Below, one piece after another: positions 29,974 through 40,032 of a stretch of 64,000 bases of DNA. Source of the stretch: Alphaproteobacteria bacterium. GTDB lineage: Bacteria > Pseudomonadota > Alphaproteobacteria > CAAGCB01 > CAG-977. The position numbers and the translations under genes are program-made. Location of the stretch: contig JAKSVT010000003.1 in the NCBI GenBank assembly GCA_024407875.1, forward strand, positions 19,563 to 83,562, given 5' to 3'. Positions within the stretch are counted from its first letter, which is position 1, and each line of letters begins with the position of its first letter. The notes under the pieces are model-generated. The model searched no databases. It was not told where the DNA came from and saw only the letters and a list, made by a program, of their open reading frames with translations.

Positions 29974-30003
29974 AAATTACCCCCCCCCCAGGCATATTGT
30001 CAA
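29974..30003 (-). promoter_or_regulatory. sigma70 promoter with a poly-G tract in the spacer
   Basis: Minus strand TTGACA-ATATGCCT-G10-TAATTT (18-nt spacer); C10 at 29980-29989 on +. Confidence 0.6.
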
Positions 30004-30133
30004 GTTTTTTAGAAAATAGCTTTTTGAAAATTTTGATAAATTTAGACTTAATAATTAAATCTTTTGAATTTTTTTTTCAAATAGATAAGCACCTCTGTAT
30101 AATTATTCACTAATATGACATCTTTGTTGTAAT

Positions 30134-30165
30134 AAAAAAACGGCAGAATAAATTCTGCCGTTTTT
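30134..30165 (-). terminator. hydG terminator
   Basis: AAAAAAACGGCAGAAT/ATTCTGCCGTTTTT. Confidence 0.85.
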
Positions 30166-30183
30166 AAACTTTTTTTATTTAAA

Positions 30184-31593
30184 TTAGAATCTAAAATCAC
30201 GTTCACCTTTTGCAATATGATCTAAATGATCAATACAAACTTCTTTTACTTTAGGATTTGTAATGTTTTCTAATTCACGTTTGATTAATTCTAATCCTAC
30301 AGCTTTTGTTTCAGGAGAAGCATAGTCTTCTAAATATTCTTTTAATGTCATTAATGCGTTTGGATGGCAACAATTTAAAATTTGCTTTGTTTTGCATAAA
30401 GACATAAATCTATCACCTGTTCTTCCTGCACGATAACAAGCAGTACAGAAACTTGGAATATAGTTCATATCCATCAACCATTTGATTACTTCATCAAGTG
30501 TTCTTGTATCAGCACGATCAAATTGAGCTGTTTCTGTTTCGCGAACAACATAACCACCAACAGATGTTGATGAAGCACCTGAAATTTGAGAAATACCCAA
30601 GTGCAATGCACGTTCACGCATTTGTTGTGATTCACGTGTTGAAATAATCATGCCTGTATATGGTGTTGAAATACGAATACAAGCAATAATTTTTGCAAAG
30701 ATATCATCAGGTAAAGCATTCTTAAATGATTTTGGGTCGATATCATCAGCAGGACAAATACGAGGTACAGAAATTGTGTGAGGTCCAACACCATGAACTG
30801 CTTCTAAGTGCTCTGCATGCATCAATATACCTGCAAATTCATAAGCGTAGTTTTCTAAGCCATATAATACGCCTAAACCTACATCATCAATTCCGCCTTC
30901 CATAGCACGATCCATTGCTTCTGTATGGTAAGCATAATCATGTTTTGGACCAGCTGGATGCAATACTTCATAAGATTCTTTGTTGTAAGTTTCTTGGAAT
31001 AAAATATATGTACCAATTCCTGCATCGTGTAATTTTTTATAATTTTCAACTGTTGTGGCAGCAATGTTAACATTAACACGACGGATTGAACCATTTTTGT
31101 GCTTTATTGAATAAATTGTTTTGATACTTTCTAAAATATATTCAATAGGGTTATTAACAGGATCTTCACCAGCTTCTAAAGCTAAACGTTTATGACCCAT
31201 ATCCTGTAAAGCAATAACTTCAGCTTTGATTTGTTCTTGCGTTAATTTTTTACGAGGAATGTGCTTGTTCTTAATGTGGTAAGGACAATATACACAACTA
31301 TTAATGCAATAGTTTGACAAATACAAAGGAGCAAATAAAACTATACGATTTCCATAGAAATCTTTCTTTAATTGTTCTGCTAATTTAAAAATTTGTTCGT
31401 TTCTATCTTCTAATTCGCAGGCTAAAAGAACAGATGCTTCACGGTGTGTTAAACCATGCCATAATTTTGCTTTTGCAATAATTTCATCAATTAATTTAGC
31501 GTTTGTTTTATTATCTTGTGCGTATTTAAGAGTTTCTAAAATCTCTTCATGACTTATGAACTCTTCAGCTTTTAATGATTTTGGATTATACAT
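30184..31593 (-). CDS. hydG: [FeFe]-hydrogenase maturase HydG (radical SAM)
   Basis: APLYLSNYCINSCVYC (CX3CX2C), GPHTISVPR, C-terminal PSFCTACYR...C auxiliary cluster motif, GERDFRF end. Confidence 0.93.
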   Translation of the reverse strand: MYNPKSLKAEEFISHEEILETLKYAQDNKTNAKLIDEIIAKAKLWHGLTHREASVLLACELEDRNEQIFKLAEQLKKDFYGNRIVLFAPLYLSNYCINSCVYCPYHIKNKHIPRKKLTQEQIKAEVIALQDMGHKRLALEAGEDPVNNPIEYILESIKTIYSIKHKNGSIRRVNVNIAATTVENYKKLHDAGIGTYILFQETYNKESYEVLHPAGPKHDYAYHTEAMDRAMEGGIDDVGLGVLYGLENYAYEFAGILMHAEHLEAVHGVGPHTISVPRICPADDIDPKSFKNALPDDIFAKIIACIRISTPYTGMIISTRESQQMRERALHLGISQISGASSTSVGGYVVRETETAQFDRADTRTLDEVIKWLMDMNYIPSFCTACYRAGRTGDRFMSLCKTKQILNCCHPNALMTLKEYLEDYASPETKAVGLELIKRELENITNPKVKEVCIDHLDHIAKGERDFRF

Positions 31594-31618
31594 TTTAAAA
31601 TGCCTTTAAAGTAATGTA

Positions 31619-31864
31619 TTATATTTCAGCGTAAACTGTTTTTACTGTAATGCCATCTAATTGGCCAATCTTTCCTGATAAAGAAGAAATTTCATCATTT
31701 GTTGCATCTAATGCAACAGAAATCAAATTTACACCTTTTGCATGATTTGGAATTCCCATACGACCAATTATAATTGAGCCATATTCGTGCAATAATGCAT
31801 TTAAATCCATTATTGATTTGCTGTTAGATACAGCAATAGCCATCATAGCTAATCTTTTTTCCAT
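31619..31864 (-). CDS. TM1266-family iron-only hydrogenase system putative regulator (ACT-like)
   Basis: LNALLHEYGSIIIGRMGIP...LSGKIGQLDGITVKT; upstream of hydG. Confidence 0.85.
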   Translation of the reverse strand: MEKRLAMMAIAVSNSKSIMDLNALLHEYGSIIIGRMGIPNHAKGVNLISVALDATNDEISSLSGKIGQLDGITVKTVYAEI

Positions 31865-32103
31865 ATTGTAAACTCCTCTTGTTCGCAGGGAAAATTCCCT
31901 TTGGCTTCAGATAATTTAACTTATACTACTAAAAAATTTAAAAGCAACTTTTATGTTAAAATATTAACGAATGCTTAGATTGTAATTTGGATTAAAAAGT
32001 TGTGATGGTATAGTGTTTTGAATATCGTCAAATTTAAATTGATTTTTTCTAAATATGATGCAGAATAATTATAAATAGATTAACTATAAAATAGGAGGAA
32101 GCT

Positions 32104-32904
32104 TTGAAGATTTTTCCTTTGATATTATTTCTATTTTGCTGTTGTTTCTTTAATAAAAGCTATGCTTATTATGAAACCGTCTATCCTAGACCATTAGAAA
32201 ATTTTTCAGGCTTGTCTGTGCAAGAAATTTTATCAAAAAGAAAAGCAGCAGTTCAATCATCAAAATACTTTGGTGAATTAGATTATTCTCCAAGCTACCA
32301 AGTGTTCCAGATAGAAGATCATTTGCCTTGGATTAGTGCTCATGAAATATCTTGTAATGGCCTCAGTAAATCAAGAGACATTAGCAAAGGACCTTCCCGT
32401 GAAAGCGTTGGTATTTTAAATCCTGAACTTCTTTATTATGTTAATATTTCAACAATTCCTATTCGTGTAAATGATGCACCTTGTTCATCAGAAGATTATT
32501 TTATTCCTTACGATATTCAATTGGATAAGTTTGATAAGAAAATTACAGCACGAATCAACTATAGTGCTTTTTATAACAAAAATGGGGCAGGTTCCAGACT
32601 TATCTTAAGTGATTCAAATGCACGAGATTTTGGATATAACTATGCTTATGCAGATTATAATCCAAATCTTCGTTTTTCTAGTAACTACAACATTTCAACA
32701 GGGCTAATTACAACAAGAGGTTTTTATCATCGAGGAGGTTCTTGTAGATTGCCATCAGGTTGTAATAATTATTCCCCATACAACAAAGCAATTGAGTTTT
32801 ACGTACTAGAAACACCAGCAACTCTTCGTATAAAATTGTGGAAAAAAGCTCCAATAAGTATATCAGAGCCGGCTGATATCACATACATTATGGAATTTGA
32901 ATAA
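32104..32904 (+). CDS. Hypothetical exported protein
   Basis: TTG start after AGGAGG, signal peptide (SYA), GFYHRGGSC...GCNNYSP motif. Confidence 0.7.
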   Translation: MKIFPLILFLFCCCFFNKSYAYYETVYPRPLENFSGLSVQEILSKRKAAVQSSKYFGELDYSPSYQVFQIEDHLPWISAHEISCNGLSKSRDISKGPSRESVGILNPELLYYVNISTIPIRVNDAPCSSEDYFIPYDIQLDKFDKKITARINYSAFYNKNGAGSRLILSDSNARDFGYNYAYADYNPNLRFSSNYNISTGLITTRGFYHRGGSCRLPSGCNNYSPYNKAIEFYVLETPATLRIKLWKKAPISISEPADITYIMEFE

Positions 32905-32934
32905 AAAATGAGTTTTAACAAATTGTTTTAAGGT

Positions 32935-32966
32935 AAAAAATAAAGCGGAAGTTTTCTTCCGCTTTA
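32935..32966. terminator. Terminator between convergent genes
   Basis: TAAAGCGGAAG-TTTT-CTTCCGCTTTA perfect hairpin. Confidence 0.8.
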
Positions 32967-32975
32967 TTCTAAAAA

Positions 32976-35369
32976 TTATTTGTTATCTTCAATAACTGGG
33001 ATACGCATTCCGTAGAATGATCGAACAATAAAGTATAACCCAAATAAGAAGAATGCACCGCCAATGTACCAAGCCGTTTGTCCTGCTTCAACAGCAATTT
33101 CAACTGCTAATAAGCCAAACAATGTTGTAAACTTAATAATTGGGTTTAATGCAACTGAGGATGTGTCTTTGAACGGGTCGCCAACTGTATCACCAACAAC
33201 TGTTGCTGCATGTAAATCTGTATTCTTTTCATGCATATCAACTTCAACTAACTTTTTAGCGTTATCCCAAGCACCACCAGCATTTGCCATGAATATTGCT
33301 TGATATAAGCCAAAGATAGCAATTGAAATTAAATAGCTAGCAAAGAAAGTCGGATCAAAGCAAGCATATGCTAAAGTGAAGCAGAATAAAGCTCCGAAGA
33401 TGTTAATCATGCCATATTGAGCATATACTGTGCAGATGCGAACAACTTTTGTAGAATCTTCTGTTGAAGCTCTTGTTGCTGTGCTGTCTAAATGAATGTT
33501 GTCTTTAATGAATTGAACAGCACGGTATGCACCAGTTGTAACTGCTTGAATAGAAGCACCACAGAACCAGTAAATTAAAGCACCACCAGCCATAAATCCA
33601 ATTAATACTCTAGGGTCTAATAAGCTTAATTGTAAGTTCAACATTAAAATGATTGAGAAAATCATTGTTGTTGCACCCATAACAGCTGTACCAATTAAAA
33701 CAGGTTTTGCTGTAGCTTTAAATGTATTACCAGCTGAATCATTTTCTTCAAGGAAATATTTGCCTTTTTCAAAATCTGGATCAAATCCAAAATCACGTTT
33801 GATTTCTTCTTTAATTCCTGGAATTTGTTCAATTTGTGATAATTCAAATACTGATTGGGCGTTATCTGTAACAGGACCATAAGAGTCAACAGCAATTGTA
33901 ACAGGTCCCATTGATAACATACCAAATGCAACTAAACCAAATGCAAAAATTGTAGGATAAATCATAAAGTGATCTAAGCCTTTTGCACTTGCAATATAAG
34001 CAATCAACATTAATAATGTTAATGTCATACCTTTCCAGAATGCACTGAAGTTACCAGCAACAATACCTGATAAAATTGATAATGAAGCACCACCTTCACG
34101 TCCAGCGTTAACAACTTCATGAACGTGTTTTGAATTTGATGATGTGAATGCTTTTGTCAATTCAGGAATTAATGCTGCAGCTAATGTTCCACAGCTAATG
34201 ATTGTTGCTAAACGTAACCATACACATCCCATTGAGCTTAATAATGCATAGCTAATACCAAATGTCATAGCTATAGCTAAAATTGAGCTTAACCATACTA
34301 ATGTAGTTAAAGGTAATTCAAAATTGAATTTTTCTTTCATAAAAGCATTAGCAATTTTGCCATTAATTAAATAAGCAAAAACAGATGTGATTACCATAAC
34401 AATACGCATAGCGAAAATCCAAACTATTAAACGTGCTTGAATATCGCTTGAGCCTTCAATAGAAACAATTCCTGCATCATTTGCAATTTTACCAACTGCT
34501 AAAATAATGAATGTGATTAAAGCTACGCCTGTTACGCCGTATGTTTCAAAACCATCAGCTGTAGGTCCAACTGAGTCACCAGCATTATCACCGGTGCAAT
34601 CTGCTGTAACACCAGGGTTTCTTGCATCATCTTCACCAATCTTAAAGAAAATTTTCATTAAGTCAGCGCCAATATCAGCAATCTTTGTGAAAATACCACC
34701 ACAAATACGTAAAACGCTAGCTCCTAAAGATTCACCAATAGCAAATCCAATAAAGCATGAACCTGCATTTTCTGGAGATACAAACAATAAGATTGATAAC
34801 ATCATTACTAATTCAACGCAAATTAATACAACGCCGATAGACATTCCTGAACGAAGAGGAATAGCTAATACAGGTGCAGGTTTGCCTTTTAATGATTCAA
34901 ATGCTGTTCTGCAGTTTGCCCAGTTGTTAATCGTAATACCAAATGCTGCAACACAAACGGATCCAGCAATGCCTAATAAAGACCATAAGAAAATTACAAT
35001 AACACGTGAGAAAGCAAAACCACGTAAGTACCAGAAGTAATAAAATAAAGCTAAACCAATTAAAACTTCTAATTTTGCTAATAACTTAATTTGTTGAATT
35101 AAGTATGTGTTGCATGTGTTGTGAATTAATATTGAAGTGTTTTCCATTGAGGAATGTAACTTCATATTTTTGATTTTTTTGAATTCTAATAAGCCAAAAG
35201 CAATGCCTAAAATACAAACAACTAAACCAATTTCAAAAATGCAGTTGCCTGTTAAAGAACCATTTGTCATTTGGATATTGAAGTTAGGTAAAATTAAATC
35301 AGCTTCACTAGCAAAAGCTTGAGAAGTTGTAGAAAATAAACCTAATAAAAATAAAGCTATAAAACGCAT
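32976..35369 (-). CDS. hppA: Membrane-bound pyrophosphatase, divergent K+-independent type
   Basis: ADIGADLMK...EDDARNPG..ADCTGDNAGD, DSYGPVTDNA, GNTFKA, GGAWDNAKK, GDTVGDPFKDT; start at MRFIALF with AGGA SD. Confidence 0.92.
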   Translation of the reverse strand: MRFIALFLLGLFSTTSQAFASEADLILPNFNIQMTNGSLTGNCIFEIGLVVCILGIAFGLLEFKKIKNMKLHSSMENTSILIHNTCNTYLIQQIKLLAKLEVLIGLALFYYFWYLRGFAFSRVIVIFLWSLLGIAGSVCVAAFGITINNWANCRTAFESLKGKPAPVLAIPLRSGMSIGVVLICVELVMMLSILLFVSPENAGSCFIGFAIGESLGASVLRICGGIFTKIADIGADLMKIFFKIGEDDARNPGVTADCTGDNAGDSVGPTADGFETYGVTGVALITFIILAVGKIANDAGIVSIEGSSDIQARLIVWIFAMRIVMVITSVFAYLINGKIANAFMKEKFNFELPLTTLVWLSSILAIAMTFGISYALLSSMGCVWLRLATIISCGTLAAALIPELTKAFTSSNSKHVHEVVNAGREGGASLSILSGIVAGNFSAFWKGMTLTLLMLIAYIASAKGLDHFMIYPTIFAFGLVAFGMLSMGPVTIAVDSYGPVTDNAQSVFELSQIEQIPGIKEEIKRDFGFDPDFEKGKYFLEENDSAGNTFKATAKPVLIGTAVMGATTMIFSIILMLNLQLSLLDPRVLIGFMAGGALIYWFCGASIQAVTTGAYRAVQFIKDNIHLDSTATRASTEDSTKVVRICTVYAQYGMINIFGALFCFTLAYACFDPTFFASYLISIAIFGLYQAIFMANAGGAWDNAKKLVEVDMHEKNTDLHAATVVGDTVGDPFKDTSSVALNPIIKFTTLFGLLAVEIAVEAGQTAWYIGGAFFLFGLYFIVRSFYGMRIPVIEDNK

Positions 35370-35584
35370 TATAAATGTCCTAACTATAATAAAATTTGAC
35401 ACCAATATCAAAATTTTTTGAATCTTAACAGATTTGTTTATAGTAGGCAAATCAATTTTTAACTTTAGGTGTAGATTCTATATTATATATAAATAATTTC
35501 TCTTTCTTTATTAATGTGACACAAAATGACGTACTTCTGTTTTATTTTATAAATAATGAAGGAATTTATGAAGTGGAAAAAAAT

Positions 35585-37621
35585 ATGAATGAAGATTTTG
35601 AATTATATAAGTTGGCTCAATATTTAATAAAAGCTATAGACAGTAATCTTATTTGTGAATTTCATTTTGATGATTTGTTTTCTTGGTTTGAAAGAAAAGG
35701 ATTTAAGTATTTTAAAATAAGTAAAAAAGAAATTGGAATGAAAAACACTGTTATCGGAATTAATCGAAAATTCGATAATGGAGAAAAGGAATTTCGAAAG
35801 CTTTTAACAAGTTTAAATAATGCATTAAAAGTTAAGTATAAAAAAAATTGCAAAGTTTCAAAGCTAGAGCGTAATTTGATTTATATTAAAGAGTGTTTAA
35901 ATTTAGATAAAGAACAAGCAGAATTGTTAGGCTTTTATGCTAGAACGAGTTTGGATAAAACAGCCAAAAGTTTGTTTTCGGGAATAAATGAATGGATTAA
36001 TTCTGAAGATATTGAAAATGTTATTATAAATTCATCAAATGAAGAAATTAAAAAAGCAAAAAAGAACCTTTTAAAATATCATTTGATTTATTTTGTAAAC
36101 TTTCGTGAGGAAATTGCTTTGTCAAGTTTTGCAGTTGATTTGCTTAAAATTGATGCAAACAATGTAGAAGAATTTAAAAGAAAATTTATTGGAGATTCTT
36201 TGCATTCTTCTTTAAGTTGGAAAGATTTTAAACATGTTCCTAATATTGATTACATAGCAGATTTAATAAAAATGGCTATAAAAAAGAAACAAAAGGGGGT
36301 GAATATATTATTATATGGAGAACCAGGAACCGGAAAGACTGAATTTGTCAAAGCTTTAGCAGATAAAATTAAAGTTCCTATTTTTTCAATGGAAGATAAT
36401 GAAGATAGTGATGATAATGAATATTTTCATAGAGGCAGAAAAAATAACAGATATGCAAAACTTATGTTTTCTCAAAAATTAGTGAGCAAAATAAATAAAG
36501 TATGTTTGTTTTTTGATGAGGCTGAAGATCTGTTTTTTAGAGAAAGATTTGGTGACGATGATGAAGGAGGCATTTCTAAACTTCAAATAAATAGATTGTT
36601 AGAGGAAAATACAAAACCAATTATTTGGACAACTAACGTTCTAATGAAGGATGCAGCATTTGCCAGAAGGTTTACGTTTTCACAAGAGTTTGAGAAACCT
36701 AGTGAAAATATGAGAGTGAGAATGTGGCAAAAAGCTCTTAAAGAAAATGATTTGCCTTGTTCAAAAAAAATAGCAGAAAAGTTTTCTAAAAAATATAAAA
36801 TCCCACCTGCATTTATTTCTAATGCAACTAAATCAGCAAATTTAGTTAATGGTGGATTAGATAAAGTAGAAAAAACTTTAGAATCTATGCAAAAAATTTG
36901 TGCAATTAATACTTGTGAAGAAGAAATTAAATCGGTAAAGGAATTTAATACAGATTTGATTAATACTGATGTTGATTTAGTTCAATTATCTTCAAGAATT
37001 AAGCAACTACATTTAAAAAGATTTTCATTATGTTTGTATGGAGCACCGGGAACGGGTAAATCGGCTTATGCAATTTGGCTTGCTAAACAACTAAATATGC
37101 CGGTTGTTCATAAAAAATGTTCTGATTTGTTGAGTATGTATGTTGGAGAAACCGAAGAAAAAATAGCTTTAGCATTTAAAGAAGCAAAAGAACAGGGGGC
37201 TTTATTGGTGTTTGACGAAGCTGATAGCTTTTTAAATGATAGATCAAAAGTATTTAGATCTTGGGAAAAGACACAAGTAAATGAAATGCTAACACAAATG
37301 GAAAATGCAACAACTCCATTTGTTTGTACAACAAATTTAATGGATGGACTTGATAAAGCTGCTCTACGTAGATTCACATTTAAAGTAAAGTATGATTTTA
37401 TGAGTGAAGCGCAGAAAACAAAAGCTTTTAAATATTTTTTTGGCTTTAATAAAGTTGACTTAACTGATTTGCAAAATTTGTCTCCAGCAGATTTTGAACT
37501 AACTTATAGAAAGGCTGAAATTTTAGGATATCTTAAAAATAAGGATGAAATTATAAAACTATTAAAAGCTGAAGAAAAAGAAGACGAAAATAAAAAGACG
37601 AAAATAGGTTTCAATATTTAG
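35585..37621 (+). CDS. Tandem-AAA ATPase of unknown function
   Basis: Two modules (YGEPGTGKT/FDEAE/TTN/RRF and YGAPGTGKS/FDEAD/TTN/RRF); KIGF tail; start uncertain (ORF open from 35516). Confidence 0.85.
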   Translation: MNEDFELYKLAQYLIKAIDSNLICEFHFDDLFSWFERKGFKYFKISKKEIGMKNTVIGINRKFDNGEKEFRKLLTSLNNALKVKYKKNCKVSKLERNLIYIKECLNLDKEQAELLGFYARTSLDKTAKSLFSGINEWINSEDIENVIINSSNEEIKKAKKNLLKYHLIYFVNFREEIALSSFAVDLLKIDANNVEEFKRKFIGDSLHSSLSWKDFKHVPNIDYIADLIKMAIKKKQKGVNILLYGEPGTGKTEFVKALADKIKVPIFSMEDNEDSDDNEYFHRGRKNNRYAKLMFSQKLVSKINKVCLFFDEAEDLFFRERFGDDDEGGISKLQINRLLEENTKPIIWTTNVLMKDAAFARRFTFSQEFEKPSENMRVRMWQKALKENDLPCSKKIAEKFSKKYKIPPAFISNATKSANLVNGGLDKVEKTLESMQKICAINTCEEEIKSVKEFNTDLINTDVDLVQLSSRIKQLHLKRFSLCLYGAPGTGKSAYAIWLAKQLNMPVVHKKCSDLLSMYVGETEEKIALAFKEAKEQGALLVFDEADSFLNDRSKVFRSWEKTQVNEMLTQMENATTPFVCTTNLMDGLDKAALRRFTFKVKYDFMSEAQKTKAFKYFFGFNKVDLTDLQNLSPADFELTYRKAEILGYLKNKDEIIKLLKAEEKEDENKKTKIGFNI

Positions 37622-37738
37622 TCTATTTAGATTTAAAAAATCACTAATACTAAAGAAAATAACTTTATATTAAAGCAAAATTACTCTATATTATGCGTAA
37701 TTATGTTAATATAAATAATCTTTGGGACTTTTAAAGTT

Positions 37739-38134
37739 ATGGATTTAGCTGAATTAGAAGATAATTTCTCTTTCTTGGATGATTGGGAAGCAAGGTATTC
37801 ATATTTAATTGAATTGGGCAACCAATTGCCTAAATTGGCAGATGAAGATAAGAATGACGCAAACAAAGTTGACGGGTGTATGAGCCAAGTTTGGTTAAAA
37901 ACAAAAGTTGACGGTGATGTTTTAACTTTTGATGGCGAAAGTGATGCTCATATTGTAAGAGGTTTGATTGCTGTTTTACAAATTATGCTTTCAGGAAAAA
38001 CAAAATCTGAAATTTTAAATACAGATGTTCCTTCTGTTTTTGCAAAATTAGGTCTTGATGCTCATTTAAGTCCAACAAGAAGAAATGGTTTTTTCTCAAT
38101 GGTGGAAAGAATTAAGCAAGTAGCTAGTAAATAA
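37739..38134 (+). CDS. sufE: SufE-family Fe-S sulfur acceptor
   Basis: WEARYSYLIELG, VDGCMSQVW, SDAHIVRGL, HLSPTRRNG. Confidence 0.92.
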   Translation: MDLAELEDNFSFLDDWEARYSYLIELGNQLPKLADEDKNDANKVDGCMSQVWLKTKVDGDVLTFDGESDAHIVRGLIAVLQIMLSGKTKSEILNTDVPSVFAKLGLDAHLSPTRRNGFFSMVERIKQVASK

Positions 38135-38154
38135 TTTTATAATTTGGAAAAATA

Positions 38155-40032
38155 ATGATTTTACGCCTTATTTCTTTTTTAGTTTTTACAATGTTTTCTA
38201 GTTTTGCTTATGGCAAAATGCCTGAGAATGCAATTAAGTGTTTGGGTGATTGGGAATGTCCTAATGGATGGTTCTGCTATCATGAAGATGAAGACTATTA
38301 TTGTAAGCAATTATGTTTAGAACCAAAAACAAAAAGCGGTGAAATTTGTGAAGGTATTACTCCTGCATGTTTTGAATCTCAAACAGGTCATGATTCATAT
38401 TGTGGATGTGTAGATGATTCATGCCCAAGTGGAATGATTTGTAAAGGTACAAAATGTGTTCCTTGTCCGAAAGGTTATGTAGACTACGATAATTCTTCTT
38501 GCAATTGTCCTCCAGGAAGAGCAGCAAATGGTAAAGGAAGTTGTGGTATTTGTGGTCCGCATCAAAATTGTCATTGCCCAGATAAAAAAGTTACAAATGG
38601 TGAGGGTAATTGCGTTACATGTGTTTCCGGAGATGATTGTGGGGATTACGGATTTAAATGTATTAATCCTGGAAAATTTGATTCATCATGTGGAAGACTT
38701 GTTTGTGAGGAAGGTGAATACATTAAGGGAAATGAATGTGTAAATTGTCCTGAAGGATGTGGAGCTTGTGAAAATGAAAAAGTATGTACAAAAGGTGCTC
38801 CAGGATATTTTATAATTGATGGCAAGCCTTATAATTGTCCAGTTGGATTAGGAGAAGGCTGTGCTGAGTGTTCAGGATTTGCTGCAAAAGTTTGTGATAA
38901 ATGCAAAATTGGTTTTGAAAAAAATGAAAATAACTATTGTGTTAGAATTCAATGTCCAGATGATTCATTTTTAGTTGGTGATTCTTGTGTAAAGTGCAGT
39001 GATTTGGTTCCTAATTGCCATTTTTGTGATAGTGAAACACAATGTAAAGTATGTAATTTACCAGGCTACCAATTAAGTGTTGATAAGCAATGTGTTTGCC
39101 ATGATGGTTATCATTTAGCTCAAGATGGCGTTTCTTGTGAAATAGATAAATGTGATTTCGGTAAATTCCATAATGGTAATGGATGCGCTAATTGTATTGA
39201 AGGATGTAATGTTTGTCAGGATCAATTCCAGTGTATGTTATGCGATGAATATAACGGATATCAATTGGTAAATAATATTTGTCAGAAGGTATTTTGCCCA
39301 GTAGGTACATACAGAAGTGGTATTGATTGTCCTTCTTGTTCGTCAGCAATGCCAAATTGTACAGAGTGTTCAGAAAATGGCAAAATATGCAATAGTTGTA
39401 TGATTGGATTTAAATTAAAAGAAGATAATTCTGGCTGCGAACCTATTGTATGTAAAGATAATGAATATTTGCTAGGAAATGATTGTTTGTCTTGTTCTGA
39501 AAAATATTCGTTCTGTTCAAGATGTAATCAATTTGAATGTTTAGAATGTGATAAGTTTTACATTAATAAAATAGATCATTGTGAATTACAAACATGTCTA
39601 CCAAAACATTATTTAAGTGAAGAAACTTTGGGATGTGAACTATGTCCAGTAGGAACAAATCCTTCGGCAGATTTACGTTCTTGTGAACCAATCGTATGTC
39701 CAGATGGTCAGTATTTGTTTGAAGATTCTTGTGTCGATTGCCATGAATCTTGTGCAACATGTTCAAGTAGTGCAGATTGTGATACATGTAAACCTGGTTT
39801 AGGTCGTTATGAAGATAGCGATTATTGTGAAGTATGCAAATTAGGATATTACTTAGAAGATGAGGTTTGCTATACTTGTGATACATCTATTCCAGGTTGT
39901 GAAGAATGTTCAAGTGATGGTAAAGTTTGTATGGATTGTGGCAAGTATAAAATAAGCGTTTTAAATAAATGCATTATTGATGATAAACCAAAAAAATCTA
40001 AAGCAAAACAGAAGAAAGAGGATAATAAATGA
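38155..40032 (+). CDS. Secreted cysteine-rich repeat protein (CXXC / furin-like repeats)
   Basis: Signal peptide (AYG); repeated C..C...C..C...C..GY pattern along the whole length; basic tail. Confidence 0.8.
   Translation: MILRLISFLVFTMFSSFAYGKMPENAIKCLGDWECPNGWFCYHEDEDYYCKQLCLEPKTKSGEICEGITPACFESQTGHDSYCGCVDDSCPSGMICKGTKCVPCPKGYVDYDNSSCNCPPGRAANGKGSCGICGPHQNCHCPDKKVTNGEGNCVTCVSGDDCGDYGFKCINPGKFDSSCGRLVCEEGEYIKGNECVNCPEGCGACENEKVCTKGAPGYFIIDGKPYNCPVGLGEGCAECSGFAAKVCDKCKIGFEKNENNYCVRIQCPDDSFLVGDSCVKCSDLVPNCHFCDSETQCKVCNLPGYQLSVDKQCVCHDGYHLAQDGVSCEIDKCDFGKFHNGNGCANCIEGCNVCQDQFQCMLCDEYNGYQLVNNICQKVFCPVGTYRSGIDCPSCSSAMPNCTECSENGKICNSCMIGFKLKEDNSGCEPIVCKDNEYLLGNDCLSCSEKYSFCSRCNQFECLECDKFYINKIDHCELQTCLPKHYLSEETLGCELCPVGTNPSADLRSCEPIVCPDGQYLFEDSCVDCHESCATCSSSADCDTCKPGLGRYEDSDYCEVCKLGYYLEDEVCYTCDTSIPGCEECSSDGKVCMDCGKYKISVLNKCIIDDKPKKSKAKQKKEDNK

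Noticed and set aside
30184-31915. thiH with a TPP riboswitch
   Set aside because: The C-terminal CxxC auxiliary motif and TM1266 neighbour indicate HydG; the leader lacks the TPP aptamer core.
33064-35322. Short antisense or overlapping ORFs in the track (e.g. 34507-35040; likewise 10687-11214, 5322-5567, 566-838)
   Set aside because: They are shadows of well-supported genes, with no independent motifs or ribosome-binding sites.
35514-35534. WYL-type operator (ATGTGACA-CAAAA-TGACGTAC) upstream of the AAA ATPase
   Set aside because: Only half of the arm positions are symmetric and no WYL gene is in the window.
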